Source: Octopus vulgaris
Taxonomy: Eukaryota
NCBI GenBank assembly: GCA_951406725.2
Contig: OX597830.1
Span: 56,172,001-56,236,000 of the forward strand
Length of the DNA stretch: 64,000 bases
Direction: 5' to 3'
In this document: positions 25,618 to 36,741 of the stretch, in pieces
Layout: each line of letters begins with the position of its first letter
Position numbering within the stretch: the stretch's first letter is position 1
Position numbers and translations under genes: made by a program
The notes under the pieces: model-generated
What the model was told of the DNA's origin: nothing
The model's database searches: none
The model's input: only the letters and a program-made list of their open reading frames with translations

Positions 25618-25717
25618 GTAACATGATTGAATGGTGTCTTCCTGAAGAAAGCGATTTAGATGGAGTTGAATTTAAGGCTATGGCCAGTGGATCTCATACT
25701 TTGATGAGAGATTTTGT
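25618..25717 (+). CDS. DENND11: DENND11/LCHN homologue, first visible internal exon ([34 protein letters not shown])
   Basis: Pyrimidine tract plus ttgtag acceptor and gtaagt donor. The translation matches the recalled DENND11 motif [27 protein letters not shown]. It begins in phase 1, so upstream exon(s) are required. Confidence 0.92.
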
Positions 25718-26067
25718 GTAAGTATTAAACATCATTCTTCCTCTGTTCTTTCAGTGTTGACATACAGTCTTCACTTCTTAAATAATAAATTAGCACCAGT
25801 AATGCTTAGAGGTTATATCAACACTGGTTGATATTTTATAAAATACCTTTATTTTTATCCAAAAGCAAATATATAGGATTTCGTTTTGGGATTTGGTTTG
25901 CAAGATTCTTTTATTGAAAAGGTTGCAAGACGCAACGAAATTCAAGATGCCATGCATTGGTACTGAACCCAAAACCACATGGTTGCAAAGTAAGCTTCTT
26001 AACCACATAGCCATGTCTGTGCCTAATATCTATAGATAATTCTTTTTTTAACATAGGATGAAAGCAA

Positions 26068-26125
<58 letters not shown>

Positions 26126-29100
26126 TCAGTAAAGCATTACTAAAGTATTACTACATTGGACAATGTAGTACCTGTTATAAAAAGAAGATAGTATGGTCAC
26201 AGATGGATTACCTTTCATTATAGGTCTGTTGTTTTAGGCCTGAATTAAGGCTAAACAACAAATAATTGCATACCTCAAGATATCATGCACAGATGCCAGT
26301 CTGTCACAAATGGTGATTCCAAAAAACCTGTTGCCTGTTTTGTACAGCGAAGTGAACTGAGGCATGTAGAATCAATGTGCTGTGTAAATGTACAATGTTT
26401 CATTATTATGTGTTGCCTATAGAATTTTTTACTCTCTTCCATTACAAATTTTGTGTTATACAAACCATGTTAAAGCTATTTGTTTAAAACACTGGTTGAT
26501 ATTTTATAAAATAACTTCTTGTCTATTTTTATCCAAAAGCAAATATATAGGATTTCGTTTTTGGATCTAGTTTGCAAGATTCTTTTATTGAAAAGGTTGC
26601 AAGACACAACGAAAATTTTAGGAAAATAAAAATAAGAAATAAGTGGAAATTTTACCAGTGAGTGTGTTAAATTATAAGGCACAAAAAGATAATGACTCTC
26701 CCCATACACAATCAAATATATAGGAGATCAAACACATATTTTAAAAAATTCATTTGATTTTTTTTTCCATACACTGTCACAAAACTTTGGACTTGTAGGA
26801 AGATTAAAGATTATGTACTTACTGAAATTCCTTTTGTCTACAAACCAAAGCTGTAAAGATTTTAAATGTTAATTAAAATATTTTCTTTCCTTTTTTTTTT
26901 TTTTCCTGGTGAACAGTTGGTATATTGCATTGAGAAATCCAATCAAAAAAACAATGACAACTGCTTGCATGTGGTTATTGTACTTCTCAATTGTACAAAC
27001 ATACATATTAATATATCCCTTACCAAAAATTCTCTGAACCTTACTAAAGAAAGCAACAGGTCCCATCACCAAATTGATATAGATTATATTATCATCTACC
27101 CCTGGACATTAATATCTGAAGTCCAAGGTTTCTGAGGACTGGTTATCCAGTTACCGTGGCATATATGTGACTGAAATTACAACTTTCTCTCTGAATAGGT
27201 TATTTATTCATTTACAGCTGAGTGAACTGGAGCAACATGGAATGAAGTGTTTTGCTCAAAAACACAACACATATCACCTAATCTGGGAATTGAAACCATG
27301 ATTTGTGAGTGCGTGTACAACATGCTAACAATTAGGCTATAATCTCCTATAATCACTGTTGTAGATTATAGAAGAAGTAGTAAAGACAAAAAGTCTGAAG
27401 GAAAATCCAGGATTTTCCTTAGGAAAAGAGTGGTTTCTTGTTACCTTCTGCTAGTTTGAGGCACAGTGCATGATTAACCTCTAGGTAGGAGAAGCTTGTA
27501 CATATGACATTTGGGCATGCCCATACCATTGGTCACTGTGACTCATGTCTAAGGAGCCAGTCCTTTGAGTCCTGTATACCTTAACCATCACCTTATTGTA
27601 TTGCACAGGATCATCTTCTGCTATTTACCCCAGAACTTCGGCTCTTGAAAGATACTATCACTTTGATCCAATGCAGACCTGTGTATAGTAGTGATTAAAG
27701 AGAACTCAATACTCCTCCAAACTCCTGAACTCCTAAACTGGAATCTTATCACTGGATGCATTTCACTCTTGTCCAGGACGAACAGAAACTACCAGACAAT
27801 CCCTTAACAATATAAGAAGGCAAAAGACTAAGTTCATTAGACATCATATGGGAAGGCAATGCTTTGTACATTTGGTGACAACTGGAAAACTGAAGAGAAG
27901 AAATTGAGGAGAGCAAAGAGAGAAGAGACTTAATGGTCTAACTAGCAGGTTACAGAAAGACCCAGTAATGTGAGTGGAACACTAAGGGGTGGAGCTCCAT
28001 GACCACCAATGCCTATAGACATAGCACATGAAGAAGATCGGAAATTCCTACAAGAACTGCTGATATTATGGGAGAGGAATATGTAAAAATATTTAGGTTT
28101 GTGTGCTGTCTGTTGTCTAAGTACAGTATCATTAGTACAACAGATGTTAGTGGTAATGTGTTGTCCATGTAAAGTATGGTATCTAACACGACAGATATAT
28201 GAGAGGAAGTCAAAAATTATACACACTCTTGTAACTGTAATTTATTAAAACAAAAGCAGGGGTCGAACAATTTCATAAATTTTTGTTACCTTCTGCTAGT
28301 TTGAGGCACAGTGCATGTTTAACCTCAAGGTAGGAGGAGCTTGTACATATGACATTTGGGCTTCCTGCCCACGCATACCCCTTTCACTCTTCTGCCGGCC
28401 CCTGCAAGCCTTACTTCCATCCACCTCATCTGTCATCCTCTCCACCAACACCACATAGCTCATCACAGCCCATAACACCACTAGCACCACAGGTTGTATG
28501 ACAGATGTAGTTGTGGTTGTGGTTGTATGATATTTACTTAACTATACTCTCTTTCTCTCTCTCTCATTCCACTTCTTTCTTGTGCCATGCCTACAAGCAA
28601 CAGTGATCATGGACCTATGTGCCAAAGGCTGATGATTTGTGATTTTTCTTGGGAAAGATTTTCATTACCTTCTACTTGTTTATTTACAATTTATTCTACT
28701 AGTCTCCTGCTTTTTCAAGCTTACCCTTGAACCCATTAAACACAGGGCCTATTAACCCTTAAGCAAGGAAATGGTTTAGGTGACATCAGAATATGTTCAC
28801 ACATTGTTGGGCCTGGGTGTTACATATCTTGAGAACCAGTCCTCATCCAAGTCCTGTATGCCTTAGCAACAGGACCATCTTCTGGGACCCTTGGCACATA
28901 CTACCATTTTGGGTGAGAGTGAATCTGGGAGTTGTCATCATCATCATCATCTAACCTTTGTTTTTCATGCTGGCAAGGGTTGGATGGCTTGACAGGAACT
29001 GGCAAAGCCAGGGGCCACGCTAGATTCCATAGTCTGTTTTGACTTGATTTCTACAACTGGATGCCAACCACCTTGCAGAGTGTATTTCATACTTTTTACT

Positions 29101-29373
29101 TGGCACCATCACAAGTGTTTTTTACATGGCATCTGCACCAGCACCAATGCTTATGTGGCACCTTAACAATGACTAAGGAGTAACTCTATACCACTCAAAA
29201 CTCCTGAACTCTTGAGGTAGAGTCTCAATACTGGATGCAGTTTAATGTCTTGCTCAGGACAACTTGACTTTACACTCCACTACCACCAACCAAAAATCGA
29301 AGTCTCATGCCTATAGTCAGAAATTATCATTGTTTTTATTGTTGTTGTTTATGTAATTATTCTTTCTTTACAG

Positions 29374-29532
29374 GTACTTTAGGAAAGATTCCCTTTACGG
29401 TCTGGCATGTTTTGAGAACATGCCAGTAGAAAGTGAGATTGAACGTGGTGCCAGAATGAAATCAGTAGGAATTCTATCTCCCACCTATACTTCCCTCTAC
29501 AGACACATGCAGTTCCTTGAATCCCAAGTGCG
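29374..29532 (+). CDS. DENND11: DENND11 exon ([53 protein letters not shown])
   Basis: ttacag acceptor, gtaagg donor, 159 nt, phase 2-2. Contains the conserved [13 protein letters not shown] motif. Confidence 0.95.
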
Positions 29533-29589
29533 GTAAGGCCTGTTTTATTTTGTTTTGTTTTCTGTGATCTTATATTGAAGAGTAAACAA

Positions 29590-30250
29590 GATTTATAGGG
29601 GAATAAATACAATTCAGCACTTCCACTTGGTGCCAAAATAGGATATGCCAGAAATGAACTTGCACACATCCAGGGCAAGTGCAGCAGAACAGAGGACAAG
29701 GTGACCCACACTACATACTTCCTAGATATATTGAAAACAAACAGGTACCCTAGATCCATTGTAAATCGGCTTAAGTACCCAAGACGACCAACATGCCAAA
29801 CACATAGAAAACCCAACAACACATGCTTCCTTAAAACACCCCATTTTAGCGATAGGATAACTACATCCATCCAAAGAGCCATAAGAAGAGAAGGGCTAGA
29901 CATACAACTAGCCCACTGCGGTCCCTCTCTGAGAGGAGACCTCGCAAAGAAACGAACAAGGCACAACAATCAATGCACACTAACAAACTGTCCCATCCGT
30001 GACACAGATTTATGCCAACGGGTAAATGTTGCGTATAGAATACAATGTAACAAATGCAACAAGTTCTATGTGGGTAGCACAACAAGACCGTTACACATTT
30101 TCTTCAAAGAACATCTGAACATGAGAGCCTCCTCCTTCAGAAAACATCTAGACAGATGCTGGAACACCGACAAAAGCATAACAGTCACAATTGAGGCCAA
30201 TGAAAGAAATTTGGGTAATTTAAGAATTAAGGAAGCTATACTCAAACAGG
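29590..30250 (+). mobile_element. Penelope-like element C-terminal fragment with GIY-YIG endonuclease
   Basis: ORF 29701-30333 contains C..TNCPI, VAYRIQCNKCNKFYVGSTTRPL..KEHL and LRIKEAIL, the PLE-type GIY-YIG architecture. Confidence 0.85.
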
Positions 30251-32236
30251 TGACAATCATGTCTGTCTATCTGTCTCTTTCTCTCTCCCTCCCTCTTTGT
30301 CTGCCTCTCTCATTCTCATGTATATATGTATGACATGACAGAGGACGGAGATGATTGGCAATATGCTGTGCTTGAGAAGACCCATACAACTCAGCAAACC
30401 ACCCCTCACAAGTCATTGTCTAAAATCCATCCATCCGTCCATCACTCACACAGGTGCCTAGATTTTATATCATCTCCTTATTACTGTCACTTATCACATC
30501 GTCCTCCTCCTAGGCCCTCTCCTATCTCCTTTACTTTTTCCACAAATTGATATGCATCATTGACTATGCCTACACACATGTGTTCCATTCATTGTGTCCA
30601 CTTTTATCCCCCTCTTTAAACATCTGTCACTTTTTTTTCACCCTTTTGTGAACTTCCCTTCCCACTGTTTCTGAATCTGTATCCTTATTTGCTCTCTTAT
30701 ATTTGCCTTGTACCTTGACGGTATGTCCTAACCATCATTTTCTTCTTTCCCCAGCTGGAAAGTATGCATCTCCTCTTGAGCAAGACACCTGTTTCTGTCC
30801 CTCTTTCATACTTTAACCTTGCAAATCCTAGTACAAGGCCTCCTCTCTTAATACTACATCCCCACAAATTCGAGAAGGTCTTGTCTTGCAAGTCACTTGT
30901 GCTGGTACCATGTAAAAAGCACCCAGTACACTCTGTGAAATGTAGTTGGTGTTAAGAGTATCCAGATGTAGTCCTGAGGCTTGACAATTCCCCTCAAACC
31001 ATTCAACTTATGTCAGTATGGAATACAAATGTTAAATGCCGACAATGAAGTTGACAATGATGATGATGATTAATGGTGTTGTAAGATGGATGCAATATTG
31101 GGACTGCTTGCTGATAGTTCATGAGTCCATATATGTAGCAGGCATTTCAGTATGTTCCTAGACAAAACCCTGTACACTTGGGAATAGATCAGTACCCTAT
31201 CCAGGAGAGAGATTCATTTATCTCTCATTTGTCCTTCAGTACTTAGCAGAGACATTTACTTACATATTTAATGATTTCGTTATTTATAATAAAAACAGAT
31301 TATTTCAAATAAATGTTTGTTTCATTTTGTTTTCTATAACCTTGATATGCTTATTTAATTCATTATTATTGTTATTATCGTTATTTTGTTGAATATTTTC
31401 TATAAATTCTCATTATACTTTTTGGAATGGCCTCAATTATCCTCTGGCTTTTCTTCAAGTATTGTTGCAACAGTTTCTTTGCCATTGGCTGATTGATAAA
31501 AAAAAAACTGATGTGAATAGCATCTAACAAAGTTAATGTGTGTGTTTATATATTGTCTTTTTGGTGTGATAAGTTGCTGATATAGCAGGGTCTCTCCTTG
31601 CTAGTTCATGTCAGGGCACTTCCTGCTGATCCATGATAGTCTCTTTTTGTCAGATCATGATAAGTCTTCTTTCTGCTAGTTCTAATTGCATATGATCTCT
31701 ACCCCTGATCCATGTTAGGGGTTCTGCTTGTCAGTTCATATTAGAGTCCCTCCCTGCCAGTTAATGTGAGGGTTTTTCTGATGGTTCTTGTTAGGTTCTC
31801 TGTTTGACAGTCTATATTAAGGTCCCTACACAGGAGTTCATGGTAAAGTCTCTCCCTGTTCCTATTTAATGGGAGTCTTTCCATGTTTGCACATGATGGG
31901 ATCTTGATATGGTCCTTCCTTGTATGGGTATATGACACAATCTATCTCTGTTGAGTCAGGATTGAGTTCTTGATTTTGTCCCTGCTAAAGACTTTTAACT
32001 CTCACTGGCACAGCCCACCTGTCTATAATTAATTGCACGAGGAGGTATAGATTCATCATTATGGAATAGGAAGAAATTCTTTAAATTTCCTTTTTGGAAC
32101 AAGGCTATGACACATATCTACCTATCTGTCTGTCTATCTCATACATGCATACATACATACAGACAGACAGACAGACAGACAGACAGATATATATATATAA
32201 GCGAACAAGATGTATGTTACGCTGCAATAATATATG

Positions 32237-32489
32237 TATAAAAATTATATATAAAAATACAAAATGGGACAAGAACGCAAAACACTCAAAGAGACGACAC
32301 AAAAAACGGATGGGTCATTCGAAGCCTCTAATCTTCAGTCAAGAACCGGATCATCCTTGCAATCAGCCAAAATTGTGAGGATGATCTGGTTCTTGACTGA
32401 AGATTAGAGGCTTCGAATGACCCATCTGTTTTTTGTGTCGTCTCTTTGAGTGTTTTGCGTTCTTGTCCCATTTTGTATTTTTATATATA

Positions 32490-32498
<9 letters not shown>
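32237..32498. repeat. Long inverted repeat (~121-127 bp arms, 8-20 nt spacer) in a DENND11 intron
   Basis: 32237-32357 is the reverse complement of 32378-32498 with two differences, both G:U-compatible. The structure is flanked by TA-rich tracts. Confidence 0.95.
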
Positions 32499-32525
<27 letters not shown>

Positions 32526-32573
32526 CATTTATGAGCTTTTGAAATTTAAGTGCATTTTCAACAACACATTTTC

Positions 32574-32619
<46 letters not shown>

Positions 32620-33814
32620 GTATGTAGGTGGATAGGTAGGTAGAAAGGAAGGGAAGAAAATAAGAAAGAAAGAAAGAATGAATGAAATGTTCAACTAGAA
32701 AAGATGCTAGACTGTTTACTTAAATTAAACTGCAGCTAATAATTTATGTCTTGGGGTAGACTGCTTTATTATACATCTTAGTTTATTTAGCTGTCGAGGA
32801 AAAAATACCAGGGAATGTTATCTGTGTGAGACTTATGGTCCATCCAGGGGTAGATTTATCTCTCATCTGCTTAGCATCACAACGACAATGCTGCATCACT
32901 TAGAAGAGAAAACAAAGGACCATGCTGATTGGTAATGTACAGTGCTGCAGAAGACAGTGAATATAACTTGACATGAGAGTAATGCTCAGAGGCTGAAGTA
33001 CATTGTAATCTGCCAAGTATACATCATATATCTTGTGTCTTTCCTCAGCTTACATCCTTTGAAACTCCTTCCACTACTTTATTGCTTACTGGACTCCATT
33101 GGTCCACCCTCATTCCTTCACTATACCTGTGTAGAAGATATTGCATTTAGCCCTCCTTTTCATCCCTCTTACTCCCTTACTCTTCACTAGACTTATACAT
33201 CAGAGACTACATTGTTCCACCGCCTTCCCTTCACCAGGTCTGTGTATAAAAGGCAGTATTGGACATCCTTACGCCTCTATAATTCCTTCTTTCAAGTGCA
33301 TCTGGTTCCTTTTCTTTCTTCACTGCTCTCTACTACATGCCATTACTCTCTCATTGCTTGCCGTTACCTACTTATTTCATCAGTCAGTCTTAACTTTGTC
33401 AATCTCTGCACAGTGTCCTGTGTACAAGGTATCACCCCTTCTGTACTGATGCCACAACGGAAAGTCAACAAGTTGCACTTCCTGAAGAGTGAGTGGTGAG
33501 CAAGACAATCTTTCCAATATTGGTACCAAAAAATGTGCCCAGTACACCCTGTAATGTAGTTGGCAAATGAGTAGAGAATGCATTGGGTTTTGAGGTCCCT
33601 GTATTCGACCACTCCAATGTTGATTCCATGAGACAACACTCTGTGAAATGGCTAGCAATAAGGACATCCAGCCATAGAATCCAAACCAAATGATCCATAT
33701 ATGCACCAGTCTGTGGAAGCAGCAAATCTTAATAAGAAATGACTCACATCATGACAGCCCATCCAAAGAAAGTTGACATTAAAATGATAAGGATATATGT
33801 GTGTATGTACAGAC

Positions 33815-33848
<34 letters not shown>

Positions 33849-34155
33849 GGGATGGAAAAATTCAGTGTATTGAACAAAAATACTTTATGATATTTGTTTA
33901 CATTCCTTTATGTCCAGAATGATTTTGCCTTTCTCTGTCTGCGAGGTCAATAAAATAAATGCCAGATAAAGTATCAAAGGGTTGATGTAATAAATTAAAG
34001 CACTTGAGGATGGTGCCCCAACATGGCCGCAATCTGAAACCAGTAAAAGACTGATAAAAGAATACTCAAAAGAACCACTTATGTTTTGATAGTTAATTTC
34101 CCCTGTTAATTAATAAATTACCAACTTTAAACTTTGATTTTTATCCCAATTCCAG

Positions 34156-34357
34156 GCACCAGCTTCAAACGCCAGGAAAATATGATCAACTGCAAGCTTT
34201 TTACAACGATAAGAAAGGTGTACTTCCTTCTCGAAATGAAAATTCCAGTGCCGCTATTGTTTCTGATATAGATGTGTGTTCAATGTCACCAGTTCCTCAG
34301 CAATCCTGGTCAACAACCCCATCTACTCCCAGTCGAGAATTCTTGCCTGAAATGAAG
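34156..34357 (+). CDS. DENND11: DENND11 exon (HQLQTPGKYDQLQAFYNDKKGVLP...REFLPEMK)
   Basis: ttccag acceptor, gtcagt donor, 202 nt, phase 2-0, open frame. FY.DKKGVL and PEMK motifs present. Confidence 0.93.
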
Positions 34358-34607
34358 GTCAGTCCATTAAATACACTGCTCCAGTCTGTTTTACTCATGC
34401 AACTTGTTTTAAATTTCTACATTTATTGACTCAGTCATGACTGCATGGTTGAGAAGCTTGATTTGCAACCGTGTTGTTTCAGGTTCAGTCCCACTGCATG
34501 GCATCTTGAGCAAGTGTTTTTATTATAGCTCCTGGCTGACTAAAGCTTTGTCAATAAATTTGTTAGATGGAAATTGTATGGAAGCCCATCATATGTGTGT
34601 GTGTGTA

Positions 34608-34649
<42 letters not shown>

Positions 34650-34915
34650 CCTAAGCTTACCAAAGTTTTGTGAGTGGATTTGGTAGGTGGAAACTGAAAG
34701 AAGCCTGTCATACATGTGTGTGTATGCCTGTGCATGTATGTATTTGTGTGTGTGAGCATGTGGGTGTACCTTTGTACATCTAGCTGTAGAAAATCTACCT
34801 CAACAAATTCTGTCTGACCCATGAAAGCAGGAAAAGCTGATATTAAATGATGATGATGATGTCTTTTTTATCTAAATTTTCTCCATTTTCTTTCTTTCTT
34901 TCCGTCCATTTCCAG

Positions 34916-35054
34916 ATTACCCATCCTGCTGGTTGTTTCTCTCAGTTTATTAAATTCTTTGGAGAAAATATATTTATTCTCTGGAAATACACTCTCCTAC
35001 AGAAGAGGATACTATTTTTTTCTCCCCCTCCAATTGGTGTTGTTTGCTATAGAG
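34916..35054 (+). CDS. DENND11: DENND11 exon ([46 protein letters not shown])
   Basis: Strong pyrimidine tract plus ccag acceptor, gtaaga donor, 139 nt, phase 0-1. Lies within ORF 34847-35320. Confidence 0.95.
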
Positions 35055-36298
35055 GTAAGACACTTATTTCAATACATCTTTCGTTTTACTGTTTTACCTT
35101 ATGTCAGTCTTATAATAGCAGAGGTGGGGATTTAACGAGCGTGATCATTGCCAGAGCAGCTAACTGGCTTCCGTGCCGGTGGCACGTAAAAGGGCACCAT
35201 TCAAGTGTGATCGTTACCAGTGTCGCCTTACTGGCACTTGTGCCAGTGGCATGTGTAAAAACATTCGAGCAAGGTCGTTGCCAGTATCACCTGACTGGCT
35301 CCCATACCGGTGGCACGTAAAAGCACCCACTACACTCTCGGAGTGGTTGGCGTTAGGAAGGGCATCCAGCTGTAGAAACTCTGCCAGATCAAGACTGGAG
35401 CCTGGTGCAACCATCTGGTTTGCTAGCCCTTAGTCAAATCGTCCAACCCATGCTAGATACAGGCTTAGATATGGCTGTGTATAGGAATAAGCATTGGTGT
35501 GTATAAGCACAGGCATGGGTGGGTGGTGAGAAGTTTGCTTCCCAACCTCATGGCTTCAGGTTTAGTTCCACTCAGTGGCATTTTATCTTAGGCCATGGAG
35601 TCTTTTATGATAGCCCAAGACTGACCAAAACTTTGTAAGTCGATTTGGTGAATGGAAACTGAGAGAAGCCTATGTATATATGTGTGTGTGTATGACCATC
35701 CAATGAAGATTCGACATCTTGGACCACTCTATTGCAGTATATGCTTTTATAGAAGTCCTTATCTGAGATCTTGTTTGGACAGAAAATATGCTAGACCAAA
35801 CCGTAGACAGTTACATGTGTTAGCTAAGGGCAGTACAGCAAACTAGATCACAGTGGTGTCTCCTTACAGCTAGTTAAACTGGACTGTTGATAGGTAAATA
35901 TTGCAATTGTAGACAGTATGTATAACTATATCATATGGTACCTCCTTACAGCTTGCTAGACTGGGTTATTAACCGTTATGTGTCTTAATCATGGGCATAA
36001 TTCAGTTAATTATAACACACTGTGGTGTGTTATCACCTAATTATGACTAGGTAGACTGCAGTGTTATCAGTGAGGTGTCTTGGTCATGGACACAGTACAG
36101 TGAACTATTCCATTTTGTGATACATATAGCTAGGTAGACTTGACTGTTGCGGGTTCAAATTCCACTGAGGCCAACTTTACCTTTCATCCTTTTGGAATCA
36201 ATAAAATAAGTACCATTTGAGTGCTGGGGTTGAAACCCTTTTCCTAAAATTGCTAGACTTGTGCTAAAATCTGAAATTAATATTTATCTTCTTTTCAG

Positions 36299-36424
36299 TG
36301 TATTGTGCTTGTTGCCTTGGTAACCATGATATGAGGGGACTTGTGAATCGAGAGCTGATTCCTCGTTTCTATGTAAATATTGCTGATATTGAAACTTTAG
36401 AAACTGAAGTGGCATATATTGCAT
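36299..36424 (+). CDS. DENND11: DENND11 exon (VYCACCLGNHDMRGLVNRELIPRFYVNIADIETLETEVAYIA)
   Basis: ttttcag acceptor, gtaagt donor, 126 nt, phase 1-1. FYVN.ADIE.LE and Y.AC motifs present. Confidence 0.94.
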
Positions 36425-36590
36425 GTAAGTGTGATAATGAATTTATTTCATCAGTCTGTTACATTTATTTTATATCATTAAAATATCTTTTAATCGTTTA
36501 ACTGACTTTTGAATATTACCTGTATCCAAGTTCAATCCCTTGCAAATCACTGAGTTTTCCCAACTCAATATTATATTATCTTCTTGTCAG

Positions 36591-36741
36591 GTACAACAGA
36601 GAAGATATTTGAAAGTAAAACCCACCTGTATGATGTTTATGTAAATAATCAAAACGTAACAACCAACTCTCCAGTCTTGAAGGAACTGCTCAAAGTTAGT
36701 GATGGGGATCGTGATAAATTTACCAAATTGAACAATCAAAG
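36591..36741 (+). CDS. DENND11: DENND11 exon ([51 protein letters not shown])
   Basis: gtcag acceptor, gtcagt donor, 151 nt, phase 1-2. CTTEKIFE and LYDVYV motifs present. Confidence 0.94.

Noticed and set aside
29379-29969. 196-aa minus-strand ORF
   Set aside because: Antisense shadow of the PLE fragment and a DENND11 exon, with no recognisable motifs.
32398-32430. CTGAAGA...CGAATGAC as a functional hammerhead
   Set aside because: No GAAA, no clear stem II and no stem I/NUH arrangement. It is noted only as a resemblance.
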